Origin: Trichoplax adhaerens
Lineage: Eukaryota; Animalia; Placozoa
Length of the DNA stretch: 64,000 nucleotides
Assembly: GCF_000150275.1 (NCBI RefSeq)
Contig: NW_002060960.1
Span: 1,114,562-1,178,561 of the forward strand
Reading direction: 5' to 3'
The first letter of the stretch is position 1. Each line of letters starts with the position of its first letter. The translations under genes and the position numbers were made by a program. Below the pieces are notes generated by a model, which worked only from the letters and a program-made list of their open reading frames with translations, was not told where the DNA came from and did no database searches. Positions 14,121 to 28,329 of the stretch are shown one piece after another.

Positions 14121-16067
14121 TTTTGCTTGTTACTTATTTCATGATATACTGTAGACTTGAATTATTGCACCCTGGATCATGATTAACAGATGTTCATAAA
14201 CAGTTATTCATACTACTGCAAGGCCTTTTCTTGATTGTTGACTAAAACCCTGTAAAACATACATTTATCTATATGTCTAATGCCCTACTAATGGTAACAG
14301 TTTATAGTATAGATGCTCACCGTAGAAGTAATCTGTTAATTATAGTCTAAAACTAGCCTAGTTTCTAACATGTTTAACAGTAGGCAAATCATGACGGTTC
14401 GTCTTTCTGTCCGATCACGGTGCTGAATTAATAAATACACAATACTTTTATAGTACTAGTATTTAAATTGCCTCCTGCTAATTATATATAGTAAAACTCT
14501 CGATTAAGAAGATTTTATCCATATTAAGATCCTTTATGTGATCGATAAGCTTTGGCCTTGTAAGGTACTTTAACAAATAATACTTCATAATGAAAAGGCT
14601 CGCACAAGACAGCTGATTTACGATCGTTTATGTAACTAATTAATTTGGTTTGTAAGTAACCTTATGATTACTATTAGCAAGCATGATCATCGTATTTAAG
14701 TAAACGTCTAAGGCGACAACAACTTCTCTTAATTTCATCTTCCTACAGAACGCTAACTTAGTTATCTGAGCTGCACTCGGCTAGATACTAGGGGTCAATT
14801 ATTAAAATTTCAAAAATTGCGGCAACTATTTCCTAGACATAGGTCTATAAACATTATGATGTTACACCTTTGAATTACTGTGTCATCTCGGCAATTATAC
14901 AACTATAAGTCTTTAAGGTATTAGCCGTATTTTGTCAATACAAAAAATTAAGGAAGATATACAGCTTACAAGCTGAAAGCAACTGTGTCAGCAAATCACC
15001 CAAAATAATTATCTCCATTTTATTTGCAGTTTGAAATAGGGTGTATACCTTAATTAGCTTGGGAAGCACTAATGTAAAGAATGTATTACTTTTTACATTT
15101 TATTTATAGAAAGATACAATATTACAAACTTAAAGCATGTTTTATCAAGTTTTCCATATTCTAACTACTATTCTTCCTAACCCTTGATGTAAGTTGCTTC
15201 GACATCATCAATTATGTTATGTATCAAATGGAAGTCACTATATTCGATCTGTGACACTGAGATATCCTTGACACTTTAGTTAGATTTAGAGGAAATATTT
15301 ACAAGCGAAATTTTCATATTTAGCTAGGTATCTAACAAACTGGTATTATTTCTAAAAATTTTCAATGATTTGCTGCTTTGTTAAAAATTATCTCATTATT
15401 TCTTAAAACATTGAAAGTAAAACATTTACTAAATCTATAGAGCTAAGCGTACAAGACGAAAAGAAGTTGTAGTTCGTTAAGGTAGGCCAATATTCAGCAA
15501 AAACTTTGCAACAAATTGCAGTTATTAAGTTGATATTAGTATCTGCTTAATGGTGTTTCATGCAAATTTATCTTACAATATACATGAACGTATTTAATGT
15601 ATAGCAAAATTAAACTGTGATAACCATACGGTAGATTTTTAATTATCTGAAAATAAACCTTTGATTCGAGGTCTGCCACTTACAGACAGTCGATATAATT
15701 GTAGGAGTATTAATTACAGTATAGCATGCTTTTACCAGGCATAGAGTAATATTTTGATATACCATATTAAATCTGCTGAACTAGCTAAAACGACTTAATA
15801 GAAGTCAATTCACACTTGCTAGATATAAGAATTAACTGTGATATAAGCCAAACGACTCGAAACTAATTATAATCGATGGGTACAGCTAAATTATTAAAGA
15901 CTTTAATTATGGATTTTGAGTAAATGAAAGCAAACTATTTAAATTCCCTTTTCCGTGACGTACTGGTACTTCAGGCATTTTGATAATTTTTCTTTAACTG
16001 TCTCCCTATGAAATGGAAATTGAACCGAATCTCTCATTCTCAGTTTATGGGTTTAAGAAAATCCATT

Positions 16068-19000
16068 ATCTTACAGGCAATGCCAATTATTTAACTAGCA
16101 GCATTATGATGCAATTCTTACCAAATTGATAGCTCGATAAAATAGTATGTAGAAGATTTGCTAAAGCCATTAAAAGGACTATGGAATACCGAGAAATACG
16201 CACCAAAGCCTGTTTCGACATAAAATTGAAATGACTATTTTGTTGTGTTGTTGATATCCTTTTATAAGGATCTGACGTTCTGCATAAAGTAAATTAAATC
16301 TCCAATATCTAACTGAAATAATATACAAAGAAAAACATATACTTTTGAGATGCATCTGAAGACTAATTGAAGAAAAGCTGTAGAAAGTTAAAATGAATCA
16401 TTCTGGAAAAGGTCTACGATTCTTCTATAAACTAATCATGTGATGGTATCATACCTCCAGAAGCTGACATTCTTTTAGTAGATAATCCAATCCGGAGCAG
16501 GAATAACCCCAGACTGTACTTGAGAAAAGTCCTTCCAAGCTCTTACTGACAGGTAGGAAACTCTGATTATCAAAATCATGTAAAACATTTCCAAAGGATC
16601 CATGCAAACTCTCATTCACATAATATGCATACTTTTTCTGAAAATGAACAGAGCGGTAACTATAACTATTTGCAGTATTGGGCAGTAATTAACGCGAAAT
16701 TTGCATTTGCACGTATGGATTATTCATAATTCGATCACCTGTTCACCTGAAATAATTGTTAAACAGAATTAATTTTTCGTTATATGATGGTAATAAACTC
16801 AAATTTTACGTATTACTTAAGAAAATTTTTAAATAATTCATACCAATTGACATAACTTACCTTGAGCAGTAAGTTCTTTTGCGTTAATTTCGCGCTTTCC
16901 AATTACGTCCATGACCAAGTGAAAAGCTCTTTCGGCAAAATATCGACCTGATTTTAAGAAAATTCTATAACTGTCATTCCTTGATACAATATATATCTAC
17001 TTTCTACAGTGTATCTGTTTAAAAATGCAATCAAAAAAGGCGCGAATTCTCATTATATTATTAGAAATAACTATCAAAATTATTATTGATTATAATCTCA
17101 GTATACCCGGCTCTGACATAATCTTAACTTGATCTTCAATAGGAAAATACTCGTCCAAGGCTTGTCTAATCTTAGCGCAAATCTATATCGAGAAATCATT
17201 TCATAAAGATCGAAAATATTTCATGAAGACGTTTTTTAATTGCATATTGCAAACAAACAGTTTCAAATTTAGCATCAGCATATCCAGGAAATCCACCACC
17301 AATATCCAAAATGTCAAAATTATATCCGATCGATTTCTAATACGGATGTAAAACAAAACTACAGATTTAGATCAAATAAAGAGCGAGAGTAGAAGAATAT
17401 TTTATTTACACCATAATGGAATGCTTTTCTAGCCAGCTGTATGGCAGAAGCGAAAATTTCGCCGTCATAACGTCCGCCACCTATATGAAAGCTGCAACCG
17501 AAAAATTTTTTTAATTAATTTAGATCAGGCAGCTGAAGAAATGAATATCTGAAATACCGCATTTGATTTTTTTAGCATTCTGTTTTTATAAACGCAATAT
17601 CGATATCAGTGACAAATTCATATTTAATAGAACGTTAACAGAATGCGGAATACGGCAACATATCTACCCTATCCCAACTACGTTAAGTTGCAGATCACGA
17701 GCTACTTGAAGTTGATTAGGGCAATCTTCAATATCGACGCCATACTTTTCACTAAGCTATACAATTAATTGAAAGAAGACAGTTATCTGTTTTAACATAT
17801 TAGTCCTTAAAGACTTTAAGGTTACACTTACATGATATAGAGTACCAAAATCATCGATCTTAATCCGTAATAACAGTCTGAATTAGTTATTAATTAAAAT
17901 TTAAAATAAAAATTTATACTTAAAGATAGATGTAGTACACTCTCTTAATTAGCTAAGAGTTAAAGCAATAAGAAATTACATATAAAATTACTTTGCTTCC
18001 GGATAGCATCGCTTGATTTTATGTAGCTCTGATACGTTATCGAAGGTCATTAAAGCTATTCCATGGCGTTCTGTAAATCTTAAATATTAGTTAAGAATCT
18101 TAATCGAGGTTACTATAATGCCTTTCGAGATATTTTACTGCAGCGTTTCTATTTGCTCTAATTAAAAGTAGGCAAGCAGAAGGTTATAGGCAATAGCGCT
18201 ATTATTGCTCTACTTATCAGGACTTACTTCAGGTGAGAAATTTGTTTACAAGGATTAGCATAAATAACTTTACTGGAATGGGCGCATATCTTAACAATGG
18301 CTTCCATCTCGTTCTAGATACATTTGTTAAAGTTGTGACTATTTAAATCAACTTCGTAAATATTGATTTTTAAAATTCCTTTAAATCATGGTTTTACTAT
18401 AGCTCTACCTTACTAGCGGCATCAAAACCAACTCCTAATGCATTAAGTGTTGCTAGCAAATTTATGTCGTTATTACACTTCACGGCTATAATCAGAAGCA
18501 AGGAATTTCGATAATTAAATTTGCAATAAAAACTCAACAGCTGTATAATTTAGTTATTCACGACAATAAATTTAGAATATCCCTAAGCCTACCATAGAAA
18601 GGCTGGACACGAGGCAATAAGGACATCCACTAGATAAGGTTTTAATTACAATTTAAAATGTTAATACGTAGTAATTTCACTGTCTAGAACCATACTTAGT
18701 ATTAACGTAGTTTTTTATTAATATCGAATAGAATAGTTCAGTACTTTTATTCGATTACGACCGGTATTTATTAATTTATATTAATCTACTAGATATTTTG
18801 ACTATTTTTGGCCAAACCTATTTCGTAAAAATATCTAGCAAATATGCGTATAACCCTTAATCGCTGAAAGTTTACAGTTAATTGCAGTAGCGTATTAGAT
18901 TTACATACTACAGACATTGCAAAAGTTTTCATGGTCTTTGGATTGATATTCTATCGCACTTACTCTTTGAACTTTATAAATAACATCTCCGATATTGGCT

Positions 19001-19258
19001 ATGTAAAAAGATCGATCATCATCATCCTTACAAACATAAGTAGGAAGCAGGTAAGTGTCATCCGAGAAGCTTGTATACTATCCTTTAGCTCGTACATAGT
19101 ATTTAGCTTTAAATATTTAGTATAAGAAATTAATTAAGAATTGATTCAAATCCAATTACAACGATAAAACTTACTATACGGTTAGTTGCGATCTTTTGGA
19201 TGAGCTGTCTAAGTGAAAATTCAGGTAAAATGTTTAAAGCGGAATCCTCATTCATCAT
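16068..19258 (-). CDS. Ornithine decarboxylase-like fold-type III PLP enzyme (~16 exons)
   Basis: Spliced by eye: MMNEDSALNILPEF..., DDDDRSFYIANIGD, LLPRVQPFYAVKCN (PLP lysine), IYANPCK, MTFDN, EKYG, FHIGGG, LDIGGGFPG, EPGRYF, YYVNESLHGSF, WGYSCSGLD, FGAY..FNGF. No in-frame stop through exon 14. The junction near 16220-16280 and the last exon are unresolved. Confidence 0.9.
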
Positions 19259-20170
19259 TCCTTAGTTAGTGGCAAACGATATCGCTTGTAATAGTCCTAC
19301 AACAAAGCAATTAATTCTGAAGCTTATTAATGTTAGTTTCTACTATAGCGATATAGATTATCGAACTGAATATCCTCAGTAAAGGTGTTGATCATTTATA
19401 TACAGTCAATCAAAACATACAGTTTTATAAATTACAAGTGGAATGTCCATTTTTCAAAAGTAACTTTAAATGTTCTATTACTGATACGAGTCTTATTATC
19501 TTCTAGGCCTCGTTGGCAAGTAAATTAGCTCAATAGCTGCGGTACTAAGATTAGTTCCTTAATTAAGAAGTACTTCACCATATTATCAAGTAAATACTTT
19601 TTATTTTTTAATTACTCAAATTAACACGAACTTACTTTCCTCATAAAACCTGGGACTCAATCGACTAACTAGGCAACTCAAGGAGTTGAGCTAATCGACC
19701 CTACGCTTTTATTACGCAGTTGCTCATACATAATATACGGTGCTACCTATGATTTTAATCACTTGACTTAATATGATACCGAAACATTGACTACGCATAC
19801 CACCTACAGGTTAATGTAGTTTAATAGTAACGAAACCACGCTATTGCAACATTTATATTAACATCCAATACATAACTACAACAGCCAGCTTCCGCAATAA
19901 AGTGCTAATTCTAGCGCTACTTTGAAACTAGTCGCTTAATAATTGATCATGTAAGGTAGCGGTTAAAATTGTTTCTTACTAAAAATTATTATTGAATATT
20001 GCCGTGGTAAATTTAGACCAAGGAAATTATAAACCGGTTGCTCTCAAACTATCGACTAAACTCTTTCCTCCATTCTCACTTAAGGCTACGGCTATAGTCT
20101 CTAAAATTATTCACTAGCAGTATTCGACTATCATAAAGCCTAAATGTATTCCTTGACACTGTTACCGTTT

Positions 20171-20231
20171 AAGTACGAAATCCAGTCAATTATTGATTAG
20201 GCATTTCGCAAATTGCCTGGATTTCGTACTT
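20171..20231. repeat. Inverted repeat / hairpin, 21-bp arms with one mismatch
   Basis: AAGTACGAAATCCAGTCAATT ... AATTGCCTGGATTTCGTACTT with a 19-nt spacer. Confidence 0.85.
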
Positions 20232-20635
20232 GGACTATAACAACACCACCAGTTCACTCAGGTCGAGTGCCGCCATCTTACTTATGATTAATTCTTAATC
20301 AATAATGATCTCAGGCAGACAAAATATAGAACTTTCATTGCAAAGTTAAGAAAGGTGTAGCTATAATTAACCAAAATAAGAACATAAGCTAAAGTATCCT
20401 GAACTCAAAACAGAGCAATGGTTGAACTAGCCTAAGTTCTTTAATACGTTTTGTTTTTAATCTATCTACGGTAATAAAGTAGCCTGCTACAGCTATTAGG
20501 CTCAAGCCATTAAATAAAACATTTTTTTCAAGTAGATTCTCAATATAAGATTCTATAGCCACCTTCATCGTTACAGCATAATAAGTCACGTAAGTCTTAA
20601 TAAACTGTAGCTACCGCCACAACAACGTATGATAT

Positions 20636-21125
20636 TGTAGTGCAGCCCCAAATATAGCTTAGATTACTATTATAAGACTGTACGAGAATAACTTAACTTG
20701 AAAGCTAGAGTGTAAGATTGTATAAGAGTCTATTTGTACAAGATGTTTACAGTACGTATTGTAGCGAATCAATTAAAATGTTTATATAAAGATCTGAGAT
20801 ATAAATAGATTTGCGCTAAGTATGTTAGTACTGTTAGTATTGTATTGTAATGCTTTAAATAGACGCGCGAATTATGAATAGATTGCGCGATAGTAAATTT
20901 AGATCTGATCTTGCGACTTAATGGGCAAGACAAGATTTGTTACAGTAAAAGCATTCTGTAACTAATCGTATATAAATCGTGAATTTTGCTGTAATAAGTA
21001 GATTGTCAGATTGTCAGATAGTCAGATAGTCCTTGGTAGTTAGACGAACCTAACTTCTGGAATAAAGTGAAATTTGCAAGAAACTGTATTTCTTGATTTA
21101 TTGTTTTGAAGATCACTTTATCACA
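20636..21125 (+). mobile_element. Probable solo LTR
   Basis: TGTAG...TCACA termini, flanks GATAT/GATAC (5-bp TSD with one mismatch), AATAAA at 21061. Confidence 0.6.
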
Positions 21126-24100
21126 GATACCCAGTCATCAACAAGGAAATTTAGATAAGTTACACAGGTATCATTAACAGTAAGCGACTAACCTAACCGA
21201 AAACCATTCGAAAATATATGCTACTACGTCTCCTCTAAGATCAGCCCCAAAAATGTAGGTAAATGTACCGTTGCGCTTTCTTGCTTTGAATCTCAAGAAC
21301 AAGGAAGACGGTGTACTGTAAGTGATTATTATTTTATATCAGCGATACTGATTTGGTTACCAGAACATTTTCATTTTGTAATAAAACGTATAGTTTGTTT
21401 TTGAAACTGACTGATAAAGTTTGTATAGACCATTCCCCTCTATCTTACAGTTAACTTATTACATGCCGGTACTAATTATAAATTCATCTACTGTATGCAA
21501 CATTAATAACAATCGTATCATCAGGCAGCCAAAAGTGGTTTATTCGATTTCCATCAGTGCCATTCTTAATGTAGTAAACTAAACAATGTAAAGATTATAA
21601 TTATCTATCACATTTTATTTCTCGCATCATCGGAGGTAAATTTACAAAGGTTACAAAACTTATTTAGTAGAGGTAGTTCAGATTCGATTGTGTATTCAAC
21701 GAGATTAACCTAAATGACAATCCGAGATTAAATCTATCTTAGCGGCAACGATATCAAATTATTAATTTAGTAATTACTTGTAGCCAAACATCTCATATCA
21801 GCTAATGTTAAAATCATGCATTGTTGCTAAAATGGTAATAAGTTATAACACATTAATTTGAAAGTTCGAAGCCGTTAAATGATAAAGTGTCTTTCCTGCG
21901 GTTGAGAAAAGAAGACTAACTTTGAGTAATTTTAAATTATTCTCAGTTTTAGCCTGTTTTATTTTGTTCTGGTACTGCGACTGTTGTATAAATGACTAGA
22001 ATTTCAGCGTAGTTCTAAGCATTCTTAGTCAACATAGTAATGCTTCAGTTGAAAGCTTTTTTGATTGAAGTACCTCCAATTATATTCTATATTGTAGCTA
22101 GTTTATTTTAATTTATATCGGCTATATTCGGGCGTATTATTCAAACGATTGAACGATCTTCATTAAAAACTTCATTTACGATATTGATGAGCTAATATGA
22201 TTTATCCCGTAAGAAGCATTCCTTCATCTAGAGTGGTGAAATATATTACATCACTTAATGTTTCAAATATATTACCCAAATATTAGCTACGAATTCATTG
22301 AAAATCTTAGAGGAGTAATTTCTCGAAACAAGCACCCCCAAATTTTAAAGCTTTTGCTTCTTTAAACTACTGAATGGATTGAAAACGATGCATATTACAT
22401 CATTACCGTAACTCTACTAGAATATGACATTGCGAATTGGACGTAACAACAACATCAGCTCTCTAAGTAACGAATCCTAAGTAACAGATACACCTTACCA
22501 TGCTGCAGAAATTATCTAGGTAAGAACTAATACAAGCAAAATCAACACAGAATTTACTTTATCAACTCCAGTGATATTGAGATTTATATCATAATTGCAT
22601 ATTTAACGTAATCAAACAAAGTTGGGATTACGTGGTATCGACATGTCCCTACTGCATTAACTTGTCGATACAAGTATATATAGTCAATGTTACTACATCC
22701 AACTGAATTATGTAACAGAATTCTTCGCTATTTAATAAAAGCACGCGGTAAATAAGCGATTCATAGCAGCAACTGGTTATATAGTTATGTAGTTGATTAA
22801 TCATTTGATTAAGGAGTTATTCAGAATATAATTTAGCGCTCCTTTAAGAATTCCTAAAACATATTTTGTTCATATAATAAGTTGACGGAATATTTGCTGA
22901 GGAAGTCGTCATAATATTGCAGCTGTTGAGTTATTTACCAACGTAGTTAAGAATATTATAACCAATTTATAAATCAACTTCACTGATATTATTGAAATAT
23001 GGCAATAGCTTGTCTTTCATAGCATCCCTAAATTTTGGTTAGAAGATAGAAATTTACATTTCTTTATCATCTAATTTTTTGACATTTCGATTTATGTTTA
23101 TTTTACTTACCAAGTCTTGCGATCAATAAAGTGATACACCGAAGCCTTATCAAGACCATTAAAACTTGTGTGCAGAGTCAATGCATAGGCTCCCATATCT
23201 ACGAACGTTTAACTAAAAGAATTAGATACTGCATATCAACAACTGGATAAGACCATATATCAAAAGACTCGCCTTCCCAACAGATTAAATCGCCATTTTC
23301 TAGCTGCAAAATTTATAATATTAATGGATTAATTTAATTGGCAGCAAGTGAACAGAATAATGGGGTAAAACAAGAAATTACTACATAAATTAGAACGATA
23401 ATTACCTCAGGAAAGTGACATTATTCTTGAATGCAATCTATCCCGCTGCAATTAGAAGCCCAGACACTGCTTAGATATTGCAAGTCACTCTTCTTGCCCA
23501 AAGCTTGCAAAGAAATAGTACTTTTTTTGCGTAACAGCGAACCAAATGAGACATGCAAGGCATCGTTTATATAGTACATGAATCGTTTCTAAATCAGAAA
23601 ATTAATTAAATTTTATCATTAACATTCAATGATCATACGATCACCATTATTTCAAATTATACGCAATATTCATGATTATAGATTAATACGAACTGATTCT
23701 GTATTTATGCTCTTAACTTCCGAAGTTTCTGCTATAATTATTTAAAGTCATATTAATTGCCCATCTTTACCATTAACTTATAGTATCATTATCAATAGAA
23801 AAATGCTAATATCAACTTAACATCTTACTTCTACTGCACTTCAATTCTCGCTTGCTAACAACGCTCGCGGTCAAATGAAAGGCAGATGCTGCAAAATAGC
23901 GACCTAACGGATTTAAAACAGTAGATATTCTTTTTTACTTAATCATGTCAAAGAACTGAAATAACTCCAAATCTACTTGCATCTATTACAAGCAAAAGCC
24001 TAATGATCGCTATAAATGATACTCTATATGAACTCTATATTACCTGCACTAGAGATAATTTTAACGTTACTAGCAAGTGGAAAATGTTCATCTAGGGCCT

Positions 24101-26075
24101 TGTTTACATCAACACATATCTAAAGTATTAAATAAGTAAAATTTTAAAATTGGTAAAATTATTCGCCGATCTAAGTAAATATATAAAAATAGGAACTAAC
24201 TTTTTCAAATATAGAATCTGCGTATCCCGGAAACCCTCCACCAATATTTAATATATTAAAATTATAACCCGCAGATTTCTAAAAGCATATAGGTTGTATG
24301 GTGTTATTACTCTGTGTTATGAGCCAAATGGTAAATTATTTTTATACTCATATGCTGTGAAGATTAATTTAAGCTATTAAATTCACCCCATAATTAAAAG
24401 CCGTCTTTGCTATTTTAATGGCAGAGATATAAAATGAAGTGTCTGTTCGCCCATGGCCTATATGATAACTTTAAAGTACAATATTTAGGTTTATTAATTG
24501 ATCCAATACAATGCCTTTGCTTTGAGACACGACGATATTTAAGCAAAGACTTTAGTTTACTGTACGTACTGTAGGTAAGTAAAATAAAATAGTAACGATT
24601 TAGCAACATAAAGCTTAGCATTACTTTCTCTACAGATACAGCATTGATCGCGTTACTGGCTATATTAAAAGAGGTCAAGTACTTGTGACTTCAAATCATT
24701 ATTTTCATTTAATTCTATAAAAAATATAATTTTATAATTAAACGTGGAAAATTATGCCATCTTTTACCTTATTCCAACAACATTTAGTTGCAACTGTTGA
24801 GCAGTTTGTAGGACACTCGAAACATCATCTATTTCTACACCATACTTTGATCCAAGCTAAGTAATGTTTCAGTGTGAATTATAAGTTAAATTGTTAGTTC
24901 CTAATTTGCTAAGCAACATCTTTATAAATGGTATAATCTAATCTTAAACGAAGTTTAAGCCTTAGCACGACTCATTCACGTTATATTTGATCTATATAGA
25001 TTAAATAATCCTCTAGTATTTCATTCAATGGGCTAATTTAAAAATAGTTTGGATACATAACACAAGACCGAAAGAGGCACTTTAATTATTTTTATCCTTC
25101 ATTTATAGCTCTTATATCCTGTAGTTACATGCATTTTAAAAGCGAATTAAATCCTAATCCTCTCACTTTTTCAAATATTCTGATAGTAAAATAATTAGCT
25201 TACATATAATTGTTATCTACTCATTTACATTAATGAATCATTTCGTATGATTATCTAACTGTAACCGCTTACACAGTTTCCTATACTATTGATGTTCTCC
25301 AATATGTCGCAATCATCAAATACATCACTACATGTTCACTTAAACTTCTAACTCGTATTTCTCTCTTACCTGATAATGAGTATCAGAATCGTCAATCATT
25401 AAACGTAGAAGTAATCTAAAGATAAAAATTACATGAAATAGTGGAATATTATATTGATAGTTTATATCATTGCACAACTATAAATAATAAAAAGTAAAGC
25501 AGATCACTTTGCTTCCGGGCATAATTTCTTCATTTTGTACAATTCTGATACATTATCAAATGTCATAAACTGAACTTTATGACTTGCCGCAAATCTACAA
25601 CAGCGAGATAGCCGTGTTAATGCCGTGACTGAAATTTGACTAAATTATGGCTTACGAGTATTTAGTTAACTTAATTCGACTATGCTAAACAATAATCAAG
25701 TACTAAAAATTTATACTAAGAATTATTTATCTAATTACGTATATTTTCTTACTTCAGATGAAACCTTGGCTTTCAGGGATTAGAATAGAAAATTTGATTT
25801 GCTCTTGCACCAATTTTTATAACTTTTTCTATTTCATTCTTATAAATGATAGATGGCATTTAATTTCATAAGCATATTTCTCTGTAAAGAGCACTTTAAA
25901 ATATTCGTAATGATTGCTACCTTGCTAACGGCAGAAAAGCCTACCCCTAATAAGTGCAATGTGGTCAGCAACATCATGTTATCATTGCACTTTATAGCTA
26001 AAAACGATAAAATCGATAAGTATTTGGTTGATAGCAATTTTATTTAGTACGTATGTAGAGAATGTCAATAAATTC

Positions 26076-26561
26076 TGTAGTGTATTTAGAATATACTGTA
26101 ACTATATTCTACTCTTAAATATAGACATGTTGTATTGCTCTTATATTTAGACAGATCTACAGTCCGCTTACTCTACATTCATATATAGACTACTGTATTT
26201 AGTTATTACGGTACTCGCTGTTTTCTACAATCTTACGCTATTTTGTAACCTGTTATGGTATATGTTGTATCTAATTCCACAATTCTATTCTCTGCATGTG
26301 CTCTATCTTTAAAACTATAAATACCGGCGATTTCTACCTCAGAGTTCATTAGCCTCTCAGTTAGTCTTCTAGTTAGTCTCTCACAGTCTAATACTTCTAC
26401 TCGTTACTCACGACAGCTTGCACGCTGATCTACCGTAACTACCTCACTGTACTTCACATTACTAACCTACAATAAAGCATAACTTTTATAAACTCTTTGT
26501 TGTAATAATTGTAAATGGCGACTAAATCTCAATCCTCTGAAATATCGAACCCTCCATCACA
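26076..26561. mobile_element. LTR-like insertion in intron 3 of the ODC-like pseudogene
   Basis: TG...CA termini with direct repeat ATAAATTC at 26068-26075 and 26562-26569. Removing it restores an ~80-nt intron. Confidence 0.7.
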
Positions 26562-27039
26562 ATAAATTCCATACCATAAAATTGCTCTATGCGAGGCATT
26601 AGTTATCGCCACTATCAGCATCAATTTTAAATTAGAAACAATTAATAACCTTTATTAACACAAATGTTGTTGATCGATTTATACGTAAAGTATATTAACT
26701 ATTCCCTTTCAATCAAGCTGAAGTAAAAAATAAAGGCCGTAGCTAGTTAAAATTTTAAATTAGCAAATAATAACTGAATCTTCAATTGCCATATGTAAGT
26801 TCTAATTTATGCCCTAATTCTAATGTTATGCTAACAAATTTGAGAGGATGATCTCATTTAGAACATGTAAAAACTAAACTTCTAGTATGTAAGCATGCCG
26901 AACATCATGATTAAATTATACAAAGTACCTTGTTGACTTTATGGACCGCATCGCCAATATTTGCGATAAAAATGGGCCATCATCATCATCCTAGTGCATT
27001 AAACATAAATAAAAAATTGATGAAATTTTTGTGTAGAAA

Positions 27040-27626
27040 TGTCACGGTACTCCGTTACTAATTAAGTAACTGTTGTTTAATGAATGCTTATGAATAGATA
27101 AGATAAGGTTATGTGCTATGCTTAATGCGCTTGTAGCTGATAATAGGATGGTAGAAATGAGATAAAAATAGAAGTTGTTAACAGTTAGTTTACTGCAGGT
27201 TTGTAAGGTGTGTTAATCTCTAAAAATTGATCTGTATATGGACTAAGGTTAAGCGTCTTAACACCTGATAGCTTGTAGCTATCTAAGTCTGAGAATATCG
27301 ACATGGATATTTAGTAATGGTATTATACCAATTAATGTAACTTGTAAAGCATGAATTCTCACTCGTTAATATTGGAATTCACTGTAGAAACCTATTTAAG
27401 CGCGTGTGTTTGTAGAATAAAGAAAGTAATTGCTCAAGAAACGGCAAGACTCATATCGTGAAGAATAGTGCAGTAATTAGTCAGTTGTCTGTGGAGATCA
27501 GCCGAGAAATCGAGTTCTCAAATACTTCTCTCATAGAAACTGAAAGTACTGGGAGAAATAGCCCAAGTTTTAAGTAACTACACTAGAGTTCTTTACTTTC
27601 CTTTGCCACAAGTGAGGATTGTGACA
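27040..27626. mobile_element. Solo LTR in intron 1 of the ODC-like pseudogene
   Basis: TGTCAC...GTGACA inverted termini and perfect 5-bp TSD AGAAA (27035-27039 and 27627-27631). Confidence 0.85.
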
Positions 27627-28329
27627 AGAAACTAGCCAGAAAAATCGGTAAGATCTATAATAGTGCACGTAAACGATAATATAATGTCTTAATCCGTACA
27701 TCACGTCTGCTTACGACTTTAGAAACAAGTTTAGAAACCACAAAATTAGGTACGATTTTCAAAGCGGCGTTTTCGTCTGACATTTTGACTTGCAGTGAAG
27801 TAGAGCTCTAACGCAAGAACGATCAATAAAGCGACATTGTAATTGCATAACTGCATTTATAAAATCACATTTAGCCGGCACATTCTTCTGTTGCAATACC
27901 TTAGAGAAAGTGTAACTTACTCTTTCTTACATTTACCTGACAGATCCACTAAGGGACATTTTATGCATTGTAATAAATTGTACTTATAAATTATATTGAA
28001 ATGCTGTCGGGTAAAATCTCTACGGAATTTATGTTAATATAGTACTTTTTCCTGAAACAGTTATTTTGAAATGTGCTATGACATTCTAGACCCCTGATAG
28101 GCTGGCTATCACTTAAAAATTGTAAAATCAAAAACAGGGGGTCGTAGGTAATAGTATAGATTCAAGCCAGCATTGATTTATTTTATGCAAAGCAATTAAA
28201 TAAGATACAGCCTTAAATGTTCTATCCAACTGTAAAATAACAGTGATTTTAGACTACTGGCCACGTTTGATATGATATATGCAAGTGTCGTATCTATATT
28301 TATCTGATGATATATTTAATAGCCCATAA

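Larger units (their letters stand above)
23110..27783 (-). pseudogene. Ornithine decarboxylase-like tandem paralog, pseudogene
   Basis: Same exon structure as the 16068-19258 gene (MSDENAALKIVPNF, AIKCND, MTFDNVSEL, NIGGGFPG, WASNCSGID, DMGAY..FNG). Lesions: 1-nt deletion at ~26968-26972 and in-frame stops at 26603-26605 (TAA), 25773-25775 (TGA) and 23421-23423 (TAA). Two intronic insertions. Confidence 0.9.

Noticed and set aside
21900-22700. Possible plus-strand LRR pseudogene fragments
   Set aside because: Only one short LRR-like phrase (LRIGRNNNISSL) among stops, with no consistent exon chain.
26960-26990. Programmed frameshift in the second ODC-like gene (antizyme-like regulation)
   Set aside because: The same gene has at least three in-frame stops and TE insertions, so simple pseudogenisation explains it.
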